DNA of 64,000 bases from an uncultured Methylomirabilota bacterium (GTDB taxonomy: Bacteria > Methylomirabilota > Methylomirabilia > Methylomirabilales > 2-02-FULL-66-22). The stretch lies in assembly GCA_963705305.1 (NCBI GenBank), contig OY970067.1, positions 3,552,001 to 3,616,000 of the forward strand. Direction: 5' to 3'. Shown here piece after piece: positions 49,743-59,929 of the stretch. How positions within the stretch are numbered: the first letter of the stretch is position 1; each line of letters starts with the position of its first letter. The notes beneath the pieces are model-generated. The model saw nothing but the letters and a program-made list of their open reading frames with translations. It searched no databases and was not told the origin of the DNA. The translations under genes were made by a program, and so were the position numbers.

Positions 49743-50810
49743 GTGACGTACCGACTGGGTGTCTTGGCCGGAGACGGAATCGGTCCAGAGATTGTTGAAG
49801 CCACGCTGTCCGTTTTGGAGGCGCTGCGGCGAAAGGACGGCCGCATCCGATTCGAGTGGGTGCCGCTGCCCATCGGCTGGGAAGCGCTCCGGAAGAGCGG
49901 GAGCGCCATCCCGGAATCCACCGTCGAAGGACTCGAGACGTGCGACGCCTGGATCATGGGTCCCCACGATTCCGCATCCTACCCCGCGGCGGAGCGGGAG
50001 AAACTCAATCCCAGCGGGACGCTGCGCCACCACTTCGACCTGTACGCCAATATCCGGCCGGCTCGCGCCTACCCCGGGCTGCCGGCGCTGTCACCGGGGA
50101 TGGACCTGGTCGTGGTCCGGGAGAACACCGAGGGATTCTATACGGACCGCAACATGGCCTGGGGCATCGGCGAGGTGATGCCCACCCCCGACGTGGCCTT
50201 GACACTGGGCAAGATAACGCGGCACGCGTCCCGGCGAATCGCCCAGACCGCCTTCAGTCTGGCCCGGCAACGCCGGGGGAAGGTCGCCATCGTTCACAAG
50301 CTCAATGTGATCCGCAAGGCGTACGGGTTGTTCATGGAGGCCTGCCGGGAGGTGGCACGAGAATTCCCGACGGTTGCGGTCGAGGACTACCACATCGATG
50401 CCATGGCGGCACATCTTGTGCGACGGGGTGCGGACTTCGACGTCATCCTGACCACGAACATGTTCGGCGACATCCTGTCGGATCTCACGGGGGAGCTGTC
50501 CGGGAGCCTGGGGATGGCCCCCTCCATCAATGCGGGCGTCGGCCGCGCCATGGCACAGGCCGCCCACGGCTCGGCCCCTGACATCGCCGGAAAGGGCGTC
50601 GCCAATCCGGTCGGGCTGATCCTCTCGGCGGCGATGCTGCTGTCCTGGTTGTCCGAGCAGCGACAGGATGCGGCTGCAGGGGAGGCTGCTCGGTCGATCG
50701 AGCGGGCGGTTGCCGCCGCGCTCGAAAAGGGACCGCGGACCCGGGACCTGGGCGGAACGGCGAGCACCGGCGAGTTCACCTCGGCCATCGTGCGACACCT
50801 CGCGGCCTGA
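49743..50810 (+). CDS. Isocitrate/isopropylmalate/tartrate family decarboxylating dehydrogenase
   Basis: GDGIGPEI, LYANIRP, VRENTEG, NMFGDILSD, HGSAPDIAGKG. Confidence 0.92.
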   Translation: MTYRLGVLAGDGIGPEIVEATLSVLEALRRKDGRIRFEWVPLPIGWEALRKSGSAIPESTVEGLETCDAWIMGPHDSASYPAAEREKLNPSGTLRHHFDLYANIRPARAYPGLPALSPGMDLVVVRENTEGFYTDRNMAWGIGEVMPTPDVALTLGKITRHASRRIAQTAFSLARQRRGKVAIVHKLNVIRKAYGLFMEACREVAREFPTVAVEDYHIDAMAAHLVRRGADFDVILTTNMFGDILSDLTGELSGSLGMAPSINAGVGRAMAQAAHGSAPDIAGKGVANPVGLILSAAMLLSWLSEQRQDAAAGEAARSIERAVAAALEKGPRTRDLGGTASTGEFTSAIVRHLAA

Positions 50811-50959
50811 CCCGCCGCGCCGGATTTGCCGAGCGAAGGGCTGCGGATCCGATCGCGGGAGAGATCCTGCCGCGCACTCATGGAAACGCGGAGTGTCTGT
50901 GAAGGGTCGAGCAACGCCCCGTGATGGGGAGCCGGTCTCCGGCCCGGAGGGAGGTCGAC

Positions 50960-52018
50960 ATGGACAGCTCGCGCCGCCGCACCCTGCAGCCCGCTCTAGT
51001 GCTGCTCCTCGCCGTCTGCGGTCTCTGCGTTGCAGGGTGGGTGGCCGCGCCGGCCTCTGCCGGGGCGGCCGCACGATCCCAGAGCCCATCGGACATCGTC
51101 ATCAAGGGCGGCAACTACACCTTCGCCGCCGCACCTTCCACCTCGCCCGTCTATTCCTACTGGGTGGCGATCGCCAAAGCCGTCATGAAGGTGTATCCGC
51201 AGTTCAACATCACGGTCACGGAGACCACGGGCGCCCTGGACATCACCAAGCGGGTGCGAGCTAGGCAGGCCGTCCTGGGCAACAGCATGGGCAACCTGGA
51301 CTACAACAACTACAACGGCGACGAGCAGTTCAAGGGGCAGCCCAACCCGAAGGCCAGAATTCTCTGGTACTACGACCATCTCATCGCCCAGTGGGCGGTG
51401 GCCAAAGCGTCGGGGATCAAGACCATCGAGGGTCTGAACGACCGGGAGTTCAATCCCGGCGGGGCGGGCGGGGGCATCGTCCCCATGACCAAGAACGCCT
51501 TCGCGCTCTTCGGAGTAAAGCCCAGATACTACGAGGCGACGCAGTCCACTGCCATGGAGGCGATGCTCAATCGCGAGATCATCGGACTCTCGAAGGCCGG
51601 TCCGGTGCCGGACAGCTTCTTCCAGCAGATCATGGCCAGCCTGCCCATCGAGCTGGTGGGGCTGACCAAGGCGCAGGAGGCCAAGGCCCTCGAAAAGTAT
51701 CCCTACTGGTCTTCGTTCACTATTCCGGCCAAGACGTACGGGGACTCGCAGGAGGTGCAAACGATCGCGGTGCTGGTGGGCGCCCAGACCAGCAGCGATC
51801 TTCCGGAGGAGGTCGGTTACGCCTTCTTCAAGGCCATGTGGGAAGGGGGCAAGAGCGTCTGGCAAACGGCCTATCCGTCGGCCGCCAATATCAACGTGCT
51901 GGAGCTGACCCTCAAGTCCTCGATCCCGCTGCATGCGGGTGCCGTGCGGTACTTGACGGAGCACGGGATCAAGGTCCCGGATCGATTGATCCCGCCCGAG
52001 TATAAGCCGGCGAAGTAG
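50960..52018 (+). CDS. TAXI family TRAP solute receptor
   Basis: Signal peptide, ETTGA, IPAKTY, IPLHAGAVRY. Confidence 0.88.
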   Translation: MDSSRRRTLQPALVLLLAVCGLCVAGWVAAPASAGAAARSQSPSDIVIKGGNYTFAAAPSTSPVYSYWVAIAKAVMKVYPQFNITVTETTGALDITKRVRARQAVLGNSMGNLDYNNYNGDEQFKGQPNPKARILWYYDHLIAQWAVAKASGIKTIEGLNDREFNPGGAGGGIVPMTKNAFALFGVKPRYYEATQSTAMEAMLNREIIGLSKAGPVPDSFFQQIMASLPIELVGLTKAQEAKALEKYPYWSSFTIPAKTYGDSQEVQTIAVLVGAQTSSDLPEEVGYAFFKAMWEGGKSVWQTAYPSAANINVLELTLKSSIPLHAGAVRYLTEHGIKVPDRLIPPEYKPAK

Positions 52019-52177
52019 CCGTCCGCCGGTTGCCGACGATTCACCGGCGGCCGGGCCGGCGGCCGCCGGTGCGGGAGCGCGGGTTCCTGAGGGCCGCCGG
52101 CAGGGGTCTTGGCGCCGCCACCCGGAGTGCGTGCAAGAGTGGGAAGCGTATCGCCGCAGAATCCACATCATCCCACG

Positions 52178-54139
52178 GTGCCCGATCTGCGGGAGGAGAT
52201 CGATCCGGCGAAGCGGGCGGGCCTGACCGGCTGGGCCAGCCGCGGCCTGGCGATCATCTGCACCGCGTTCGGGATCTTCCAGTTCTACACCGCCGGCACG
52301 CGTCCCATGCTGGGGGTGATTCTGTATGCGACCCACCTGGCCTTTGCGCTGACGATTGTTCTGTGGGCCTACCCGCTGCGAAAATCCGGCCACCGCCGCC
52401 GTGTTCCGCTCTACGACCTCGTCTGCATCGCTCTCGCGATTGCGGCGGCCGGCTACGTCATCGCGAATGCCCTGCCGATCATGGAATTCAGCCACGTCGA
52501 GACGAACCTCGACCTGATCCTGGGCGTCCCGCTGATCCTGCTGGTCCTGGAGGCCTCCCGGCGCTCGCTGGGTCTGGTGTTCCCCATCCTGGTCGGCCTC
52601 TCCATCCTGTATGCGCTCTTCGGGCAGTTCATCCCTGGCCAGTTCGGCCACGGGGGGTTCTCCTGGCAGGTGATCGTCCGGACCCTGTACGTCACCCCCC
52701 AGGGGCTCTGGGGAGTCATGCTCCAAATCTCCGCCACTATCCTGGCCATCTTCCTCATCTTCGGCGCGGTCCTACTGAAGACGGGCGGCGGAGAGGCGTT
52801 TCTCGACCTGGCATTCCTGGCCTCGGCGCGGACGCGGGGCGGGCCGGCCAAGGTGGCTGCCGTGGCCAGCGGCCTGTTCGGGACGATCTCGGGGAGCGCC
52901 GTGGCGAACGCCGCGACGATCGGGACCTTCACCATTCCGCTGATGAAGCGGGCGGGATTTTCGAGCGAGTTCGCCGCGGCCGCGGAGGCCGTGGCGGGAA
53001 CGGGGGGGCAGATCATGCCTCCCGTCATGGGGGCGGGGGCCTTCCTGATCGCGGAGTTCCTCGGGATCTCCTACGCCAAGGTCGCCTGGGCGGCCCTGCT
53101 CCCGGCGCTGCTGTACTATGCGGGACTCATCGTGTCGATCCACCTGGAGGCGGTCAAGAACAACTTCCCCACCATCGCCACGCAGGAGGAGCAGCTCATC
53201 CGCGCGCGCCTCACCCCCAAGAAGGTCCTCCTTCCGCTGATCCCCGTGGGGGCGCTGATCTATGCCTTTTCCACCGGCTACACGGTCCAGCGGGGAGCCT
53301 ACTGGGCCTCCATCCTGGCGCTGCTGCTCACGGTGTTCATGGTCGAGGCCCCGGGGGTCCTGCGGAAGCTCTGGGGGGCGCTCCTGGTCGGCCTCCGGGG
53401 CATGGAGACGGCGGGAAAGGCCATCGCCGAGATCGCGGTCCTGCTGGCCTCGGCGCAGATCGTCGTGTCGATGCTGGGGCTGACCGGCCTGGCCGTCAAG
53501 TTCTCGGACCTCCTGGTCTCCCTCGGACGGGAGAACATGATGGCGACCCTGGTCCTGGCCATGGTCGTCCTGTTTGTCCTGGGGATGGGGGTCCCCCCCA
53601 CGGGCGTCTATGTCCTGGGCGGCGCGATCGTGGTGCCCGCGCTGATCGCGCTCGGGCTTCGGCCGCTCCCGGCGCATCTCTTCACCTTTTACTTCGCCTG
53701 CCTGGGGGCCATCACCCCGCCGGTCTGCGCGGCCGTCTACGTCACCTCGTCGCTGGCCGAGTCCAACTGGTGGCGGACCGGCTGGCTGGCCACGCGACTG
53801 GGGCTGGCCGGCTTCATCGTGCCCTACATGTTCGTCTACAACGAGAGCCTGCTGCTCTCCGGGGGGGTGGTCGAGATCGTGTACAATGGGCTCACGGCTT
53901 TCCTGGGAGTATTCTTCCTCGCCACCTTCGCCGTCGGGTACTACTTCGGTCCCATGGGGTGGGGCAGGCGATCGGTCATGGCGGTGGCGGGGATGATGCT
54001 GATTGAGCCGGGTATCGGGACCGACCTGGTGGGGGTGGCGCTGGCCGGCTCGATCTACCTGTCCCAGCGGTTCTGGCCCGCGCCGCCCGGGCCGCCGGGG
54101 TGCGGAAGGTCCTGGTCAATCACCCGGAGCTGTGGCTGA
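52178..54139 (+). CDS. TAXI-TRAP fused 4TM/12TM permease
   Basis: GGPAKVA, SGSAVANA, GTFTIPLMK, GGQIMPPVMGAGAF, ITPPV; start uncertain, and the C-terminal tail may derive from a deletion junction. Confidence 0.9.
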   Translation: MPDLREEIDPAKRAGLTGWASRGLAIICTAFGIFQFYTAGTRPMLGVILYATHLAFALTIVLWAYPLRKSGHRRRVPLYDLVCIALAIAAAGYVIANALPIMEFSHVETNLDLILGVPLILLVLEASRRSLGLVFPILVGLSILYALFGQFIPGQFGHGGFSWQVIVRTLYVTPQGLWGVMLQISATILAIFLIFGAVLLKTGGGEAFLDLAFLASARTRGGPAKVAAVASGLFGTISGSAVANAATIGTFTIPLMKRAGFSSEFAAAAEAVAGTGGQIMPPVMGAGAFLIAEFLGISYAKVAWAALLPALLYYAGLIVSIHLEAVKNNFPTIATQEEQLIRARLTPKKVLLPLIPVGALIYAFSTGYTVQRGAYWASILALLLTVFMVEAPGVLRKLWGALLVGLRGMETAGKAIAEIAVLLASAQIVVSMLGLTGLAVKFSDLLVSLGRENMMATLVLAMVVLFVLGMGVPPTGVYVLGGAIVVPALIALGLRPLPAHLFTFYFACLGAITPPVCAAVYVTSSLAESNWWRTGWLATRLGLAGFIVPYMFVYNESLLLSGGVVEIVYNGLTAFLGVFFLATFAVGYYFGPMGWGRRSVMAVAGMMLIEPGIGTDLVGVALAGSIYLSQRFWPAPPGPPGCGRSWSITRSCG

Positions 54140-54437
54140 TCCACATGAGCCACGAGGATCAGCGCGCCCTGGCCGCCAAAGGGGCGATGAAGGAGGTCTG
54201 CATCCGGAGCGCCATGGCCCCGGGCCATAGCCAGGCGTCGCCGGAGCTGCTGGCGGAGCAGGTCAAGGCCGTGGGGGCCGTCCATGTGGTGATGGCCACC
54301 GATTACGGGCAGGTGGACAGCCCGCCCGCACCGGAGGGCCTGCGCTGGTACATCGCCCAGATGCTGGAGCACGGCATCCCCCGGCGGATATCGAGTTGAT
54401 GGTCAAGGTGAACCCATCGCGGCTGCTCGGGATCTGA
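54097..54437 (+). pseudogene. C-terminal remnant of a DUF6282/amidohydrolase-fold gene
   Basis: KVLVNHPE, MATDYGQ..SPP, and after a frameshift IELMVKVNPSRLLGI; N-terminus absent. Confidence 0.6.
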
Positions 54438-54472
54438 GTCCCCGAGGCGGCATGTGTGAGAAGGGCCAGGGC

Positions 54473-55735
54473 ATGCAAATCCATCTTCCCTACGGCAAAG
54501 GGGCTGTCGACATCGCGGTTCCGGACGGATCGGCGGTCGCCTATCCGCGCGAGCTGCCTCCGGTGGATGACGTCGGTGAGGAGATCCGTCGCGCCATGGC
54601 GGCGCCGATCGGCGCTCCGCCGCTCAAGGCCGTGGCGGCGGGGAAGGGGAACGCGGTCGTGGTCATCAACGACATCACGCGTCCGGCGCCCAGCCGGGAG
54701 ATGCTGGCGGCCATCCTGGAGGAGCTGCGGGTCGCGGGGATCGCCGAGGCGGCCGTGACCGTGGTTGTCGCCACCGGCAATCACCGCGCCAACTCGCCCG
54801 GTGAGATCGCCGGGATGGTGGGGGAGGAGTTCGCTCACCGGCTGCGCGTGATCAACCATGCCTGCGAAGACGACGGCATGTTGCGCGCCATCCCGGCTCC
54901 GGGACTGGGCTTTCCCGTGCGGGTGAACTCCCATGTGGCCAACGCGTCCGTGAAGATCCTCACCGGCCTCATCGCGCCCCATCAGGCGGCCGGCTACAGT
55001 GGAGGGCGCAAGAGCCTGGCCCCCGGCGTCGCGGCCCTCGAGACGATCGCCGCGCAGCACTCTTTCCCGATCCGGCCGTACGATCCGGCCATGGGGTGGC
55101 TCAAGGGGAACCCCTTCCACGAGGTGGCGGTCAAGGCGGCTCGGGCGGTGGGCATCGATTTCATCGTCAACGTCGTCAAGAACTGCCGCGGCAAGGTGGT
55201 CCGGGCCGTGGCGGGGGAGTTGGAGGCGGCGCACGAGGCGGGGGTGTCGGTCTGCGAGCAGAGCTGGGTCGTCAACCTCCCGCGGACATACGAGGTGGTG
55301 ATCGTCACGCCGGGGGGATTTCCGCGCGACATCGATCTGCACCAGGCCCAGAAGGCCATGGCGACCGCCGAGCTCGTCACCGCCCCCGGCGGGGCCATCG
55401 TCCTCCTGGCCGAGTGCGCGGACGGCATCGGCAAGTTCGCCCCCTGGCTCCGCGGCGCCGCCAGCCCGCAGGCCGTGATCGACCGATTCACCCGCGAGGG
55501 GTTCACCCGCGAGCATTCCTCCAAGGCCTTCATGTGTGCGCGCGCCCTGGCCAAGCACCCGGTCGTGGTCTGCTGCTCGGGCATCCCCCGGGCCGAGCTG
55601 GAGGCCATGTTCTTCCGCCATGCAGACACGCCCCAGGCGGCGGTGGACGCCGCGCTGGCCATCGCGGGGGACCAGGCGAGCGTGCTGGTCCTGCCCTACG
55701 CAGTGGACTGCGTGCCGAAGGTGGGCCCGGCGTGA
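54473..55735 (+). CDS. larA: Nickel-pincer-dependent racemase/epimerase, LarA family
   Basis: LPYG, NDITRP, ATGNHR, PHQAAGYSGGRKS..PG, DLHQAQK, AECADG. Confidence 0.9.
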   Translation: MQIHLPYGKGAVDIAVPDGSAVAYPRELPPVDDVGEEIRRAMAAPIGAPPLKAVAAGKGNAVVVINDITRPAPSREMLAAILEELRVAGIAEAAVTVVVATGNHRANSPGEIAGMVGEEFAHRLRVINHACEDDGMLRAIPAPGLGFPVRVNSHVANASVKILTGLIAPHQAAGYSGGRKSLAPGVAALETIAAQHSFPIRPYDPAMGWLKGNPFHEVAVKAARAVGIDFIVNVVKNCRGKVVRAVAGELEAAHEAGVSVCEQSWVVNLPRTYEVVIVTPGGFPRDIDLHQAQKAMATAELVTAPGGAIVLLAECADGIGKFAPWLRGAASPQAVIDRFTREGFTREHSSKAFMCARALAKHPVVVCCSGIPRAELEAMFFRHADTPQAAVDAALAIAGDQASVLVLPYAVDCVPKVGPA

Positions 55736-55737
55736 AG

Positions 55738-55858
55738 CGCAAAGGGCAAAGGACAAAGCGCAAAGGGAAAAGGGCGCAGAGTCACGCTTCGCTCTACGCG
55801 CTGTGCCTGTGCCCTCTGGGCCATGCCCCGTGCCCTATGCGCTATGCCCTATGCCCAA
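55738..55858. repeat. Convergent degenerate heptamer tandem repeats
   Basis: (GCAAAGG)-like units followed by complementary (CCCTATG/GCTATGC)-like units. Confidence 0.6.
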
Positions 55859-56005
55859 AGGGCGAATTCCTGTTGACACGGCGAGATCAAGAGGAGGATC
55901 GTTATCCTGCCAGGATCAGGGAACGGCGGATGGCGAACGGCCACCGCCGCGCCTGCGGGCTTTACCGTCGGTCCGGGAGGGCTTCGGCCCTGCGCGAGGT
56001 GCCCC

Positions 56006-56635
56006 ATGCCAACGCGACCCCCCAAGAACACTCCGGATCCCTTCAGCCTTTCACGGCGCGCTTTCCTGAAGACGGTGGGTGTGGGAGCGGCGGCCACCGG
56101 CCTGGTCGGCGCCGGCGTGCGGCCCGCCCAGGCAACGGTCCTGGGCCCCGGGGCCGTCCCGCTCGAGCTGTCCGTCAACGGCGCGAAGCGCACCGTCGTG
56201 GTGGAGCCGCGGGTGACCCTGCTCCGCGCCCTGCGGAATGAGCTCGGCCTTACCGGCGCCAAGGAGGGCTGCAATCACGGGGCCTGCGGCGCCTGTACCG
56301 TCCTCTTGGATGGGAACCCCGTCTGCTCCTGCATGCTGCTGGCGGCGGACGCTGTCGGCCACGAGATCACCACGGTGGAAGGCCTCGGCACCCCCGAGCG
56401 GATGAGCCCGGTCCAGGCCGCCTTCGTCGAGGCGGACGCCCTCCAGTGCGGCTTCTGCACGCCGGGATTCGTGGTGGCCTCGACGGCCCTTTTGCGGACC
56501 CACCCCCATCCCACACTGGAACAGATCAAGGACGGCCTGGCGGGAAACCTCTGCCGCTGCGGGACCTACTCCCGCGTCTTCGAGGCCGTTCAGAAGGCGG
56601 CCGGGGCCGGCCAGCCCGCGCCGAAGAAGGGGTGA
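56006..56635 (+). CDS. [2Fe-2S] subunit of a xanthine/aldehyde oxidoreductase with a Tat signal (PaoA/YagT-like)
   Basis: SRRAFLK, GCNHGACGACTV, QCGFCTPG, GNLCRCGTY. Confidence 0.93.
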   Translation: MPTRPPKNTPDPFSLSRRAFLKTVGVGAAATGLVGAGVRPAQATVLGPGAVPLELSVNGAKRTVVVEPRVTLLRALRNELGLTGAKEGCNHGACGACTVLLDGNPVCSCMLLAADAVGHEITTVEGLGTPERMSPVQAAFVEADALQCGFCTPGFVVASTALLRTHPHPTLEQIKDGLAGNLCRCGTYSRVFEAVQKAAGAGQPAPKKG

Positions 56636-56638
56636 GCC

Positions 56639-58945
56639 ATGGCCGAGCAGCCAGCCAGCGGACCGGCGCCGCTCACATATCTGGTGAAGGCGGGTCCCCG
56701 GAGCGCCCCCAGCCTCCTCGAAGTGCACGCGGCCCCCGGGGATCTCAAGCCCTGGGACCTGGACTCGACCCTGCGCGCGGTCGCGGGCCGGCATCCGCGG
56801 CTGGACGGCCCGATCAAGGTCACCGGGCGGGCGAGGTACACCGCGGACGTTCGCCTGCCGGGAATGCTGTGGGCCAAGATGGTGCGGGCCGCGATCCCTG
56901 CCGGGGAGATCCTGGCCATCGACCTCTCCAAGGCCAAAGGCCTGCCGGGCGTCAAAGCGGTCTGGGTCACGACATCCCGCGTCGTGCGCTTCGCGGGGCA
57001 GGACGTGGCGGCCGTGGCGGCCGTCTCACAGGAGGCAGCCGAGGAGGCCGCACGATTGGTGCGCGTCACCTACAAAGAGCGCCCCTTCGTGACCGACTTC
57101 GAGCGGGCCATGCAGCCGGACGCGCCCGCGGTCTATGCGCCGGGCGAGATGCCGGGGCCGGCGGATGTGCCGCTTCGGGGGAACGTCTTGGGGCCCATGG
57201 CGCCCAGCCGCGGCGGTGCCCGGGGTGACGTGGAGGGGGGGTTCGCCGAGGCCGAGGTGGTCCACGAGGCCACCTACGCCCTCCCCGTCCACACGCATGC
57301 CTCGCTGGAGACCCACGGCGTCGTGGCCCAGTGGGAGGGGGATCAGCTCACCGTGTACGCCTCGACCCAGGGCGTCTTCAGCACGCGGGCGGGCCTGGCC
57401 GAGGCGCTGGGAATCGACCGGAAGAACATCCGGGTGATCACCGAGCACATGGGGGGAGGCTTCGGCAGCAAGCTCCACCCCTCGGCCGTGGGCAGCCGCT
57501 TTGCCGTGGTGGCTTGCGAGCTGGCCCGGCAAGCGGGCGCCCCCGTCAAGCTGCTCTTGGACCGCCACGAAGAGCACCTGTGCACCGGCAACGCGCCCGG
57601 CGCCGCCATGACCGTCCGCATCGGGGCCCGGAGGGACGGGACCTTCACCGCCATTCAATACCGCTCCTTCGGGGCGCCCGGCATCACCGCCGGCGCGGGG
57701 ACGGGGGGGCCGGCCGGCGCCCTGTACCAGAACTGCCCCAACCTCCGGATCGAAGAGCATTCGGTCTTTACCAATACCGGCCCGGCGGCCCCGCTCAGGG
57801 CTCCGGGCCACCCGCAGGGGGCGTTTGCCCTGGAATCGGCCGTGGACGAGCTGGCCCACGCGCTGGGCATGGATCCGCTGGAGCTGCGCCGTACGAATGA
57901 GTCCCACCCGGTCCGCAGGATCGAGTACGACATCGGGGCCCGGGCCATCGGCTGGGAGCGCCGGAATCGGATTCCGGGCGCGGCGCCGGGGCCGCGCAAG
58001 CGCGGAATCGGCATGGCCAACGGCAACTGGTATGTCCTGTTCCGGGACAAGGGCATTGGAGCCGAGGTGCGCATCCACCGGGACGGCGGGGTGGAGCTGT
58101 TCCACGGGGCCCAGGACCTCGGCACGGGCCTGCGGACCGTCCTGGCCGTGGTGGCGGCCGAAGAGCTGGGGCTTCGCCCCCGGGACATCACGGTGCATGT
58201 GGGTGACACGCGGTTCCCCGAGGGGCCGACATCCGGCGGCAGTGTGACCACGAACACCTCGGCCCCCGCGGTCCGGCTGGCCGCGCACGACGCCCGCGCC
58301 AAGCTGTTCGCGGCCGTGGCGCCCCTCCTGCAATCAGCGCCGGAGGCGCTCGAGGCCGTGGACGGGAGGATCCGGGTGGCCGCCGATCCCAGCCGGGCCG
58401 TCTCCTTCGCGCAGGCCGCGTCGCGCATGCCCGGCGAGGTCATCATCGGCGTGGGCGAGCGCAAGCCGCAGTTCGAGGCCTACCGGCGGGACATCGCGGG
58501 GACCCAGTTCGCCGAGGTCGAGGTGGACGTGGAGACCGGCCGGATCCGGGTCGTGAAGATCGTTTCCGTCAACGACTGCGGCATGCCCATGAACGTGCTG
58601 ACGGCGGAGAGCCAGGTGATCGGCGCCATGATCCAGGGGGTCTCGTGGGCCCTCCTGGAGAACCGGACCATGGACGCGAACGTTGGGACCATGGTCAATC
58701 CCAACCTGGAGTCGTACAAGGTCCTGGGGGTCGCGGACATGTTCGAGGCGATCCCCATCGTGACCGAGGTGGCCAACGCGGGCAACAACACCTCGGCCAC
58801 GGGCATCGCCGAGCCCGCCATGGTCCCCACCCTGGCCGCCATTGCCAATGCGGTGTTCAATGCCACGGGGGCCCGCATCCGCCGCCTCCCGCTGACCCCC
58901 GACAGGGTCCTGGCCGCTCTCGCGGACGCGAAGAGGAAGGGGTAG
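56639..58945 (+). CDS. Molybdopterin-binding subunit (PaoC/YagR-like)
   Basis: KVTGRARYTAD, STQG, GGGFGSK, LRAPGHPQG, QDLGTG, GIAEP. Confidence 0.93.
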   Translation: MAEQPASGPAPLTYLVKAGPRSAPSLLEVHAAPGDLKPWDLDSTLRAVAGRHPRLDGPIKVTGRARYTADVRLPGMLWAKMVRAAIPAGEILAIDLSKAKGLPGVKAVWVTTSRVVRFAGQDVAAVAAVSQEAAEEAARLVRVTYKERPFVTDFERAMQPDAPAVYAPGEMPGPADVPLRGNVLGPMAPSRGGARGDVEGGFAEAEVVHEATYALPVHTHASLETHGVVAQWEGDQLTVYASTQGVFSTRAGLAEALGIDRKNIRVITEHMGGGFGSKLHPSAVGSRFAVVACELARQAGAPVKLLLDRHEEHLCTGNAPGAAMTVRIGARRDGTFTAIQYRSFGAPGITAGAGTGGPAGALYQNCPNLRIEEHSVFTNTGPAAPLRAPGHPQGAFALESAVDELAHALGMDPLELRRTNESHPVRRIEYDIGARAIGWERRNRIPGAAPGPRKRGIGMANGNWYVLFRDKGIGAEVRIHRDGGVELFHGAQDLGTGLRTVLAVVAAEELGLRPRDITVHVGDTRFPEGPTSGGSVTTNTSAPAVRLAAHDARAKLFAAVAPLLQSAPEALEAVDGRIRVAADPSRAVSFAQAASRMPGEVIIGVGERKPQFEAYRRDIAGTQFAEVEVDVETGRIRVVKIVSVNDCGMPMNVLTAESQVIGAMIQGVSWALLENRTMDANVGTMVNPNLESYKVLGVADMFEAIPIVTEVANAGNNTSATGIAEPAMVPTLAAIANAVFNATGARIRRLPLTPDRVLAALADAKRKG

Positions 58946-58949
58946 CACC

Positions 58950-59921
58950 ATGAACCGCTTCGAGCTTGTGCGCGCCGGCAGCCTGACCGAGGCCCGCGCC
59001 CTGGCGGGCGAGAAGCCCGGCAGCCTCTTCAAGGCCGGGGGCATCGACCTCCTCGATCACCTGAAAGAGCACCTCCAGGAGCCGCCGCGCGTGGTGGACC
59101 TGAAGTCCATCCCGGGAATGAGCGGCATCGCCGCGGGGGCCGACGGCGGGCTGAGGGTCGGACCCCTGACCACGCTGGCGCAGGTGGCGGCCCATCCCGC
59201 CGCCGGCGCCGCCCACGGGGCCTTGGCCCAGGCCTGCGGCGACGCGGCGTCCCCCCAGATCCGGAACGTCGCCACCATCGGCGGGAACGTGCTCCAGCGG
59301 CCGCGCTGCTGGTATTACCGGCTGGAATCCTACCCGTGCCTGAAGAAAGGGGGCGACATCTGCTACGCGGTGGGGGGCGAGAACCGCTATCACAGCGTGT
59401 TCGGCGACGGGCCGGATTTTGCCCCGCATCCCTCCAACGCGGCCGTGGCGCTGGTGGCCCTGGACGCGTCGTTCGTCCTGGAAGGGGCGCAGGGGGGCCG
59501 CGTCGTCCCGGCGGGCCGCTTCTTCACCATGCCCGACGTGGACGTGACGCGGGAGAACGTCCGCGAGGCCGACGAGATCCTGACCGAGATCCGGCTGCCG
59601 GCCACCCCGGGGATGCGCTCGACGTATCAGCGCATCAGCGAGCGTGCGGCCTTCGACTGGCCGCTGGTGTCGATGGCGGCGGCCCTGCGGGTCGAGGGCG
59701 GGACCGTGCGGGAAGCCCGCATCGTCCTGGGGGCCGTGGCGCCGATCCCCTGGCGCGCCACGCCGGCCGAGCAGGCGCTGCTCGGCCGGCCCCTGGATGA
59801 GGCTGCCCTCGATGCGGCCGCCAAGGGAGCGGTGGCGGGCGCCCAGCCGATGTCGGAGAACGGGTACAAGCTGGACCTGCTGCAGACCCTGGTCTGCCGG
59901 ACCCTGGCTGCACTGGCGTGA
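58950..59921 (+). CDS. FAD-binding subunit (PaoB/YagS-like)
   Basis: KAGGIDL, ASPQIRNVATIGGN, QRPRCWYYR, GAVAPIPWR. Confidence 0.93.
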   Translation: MNRFELVRAGSLTEARALAGEKPGSLFKAGGIDLLDHLKEHLQEPPRVVDLKSIPGMSGIAAGADGGLRVGPLTTLAQVAAHPAAGAAHGALAQACGDAASPQIRNVATIGGNVLQRPRCWYYRLESYPCLKKGGDICYAVGGENRYHSVFGDGPDFAPHPSNAAVALVALDASFVLEGAQGGRVVPAGRFFTMPDVDVTRENVREADEILTEIRLPATPGMRSTYQRISERAAFDWPLVSMAAALRVEGGTVREARIVLGAVAPIPWRATPAEQALLGRPLDEAALDAAAKGAVAGAQPMSENGYKLDLLQTLVCRTLAALA

Positions 59922-59929
59922 GGCCGGCC

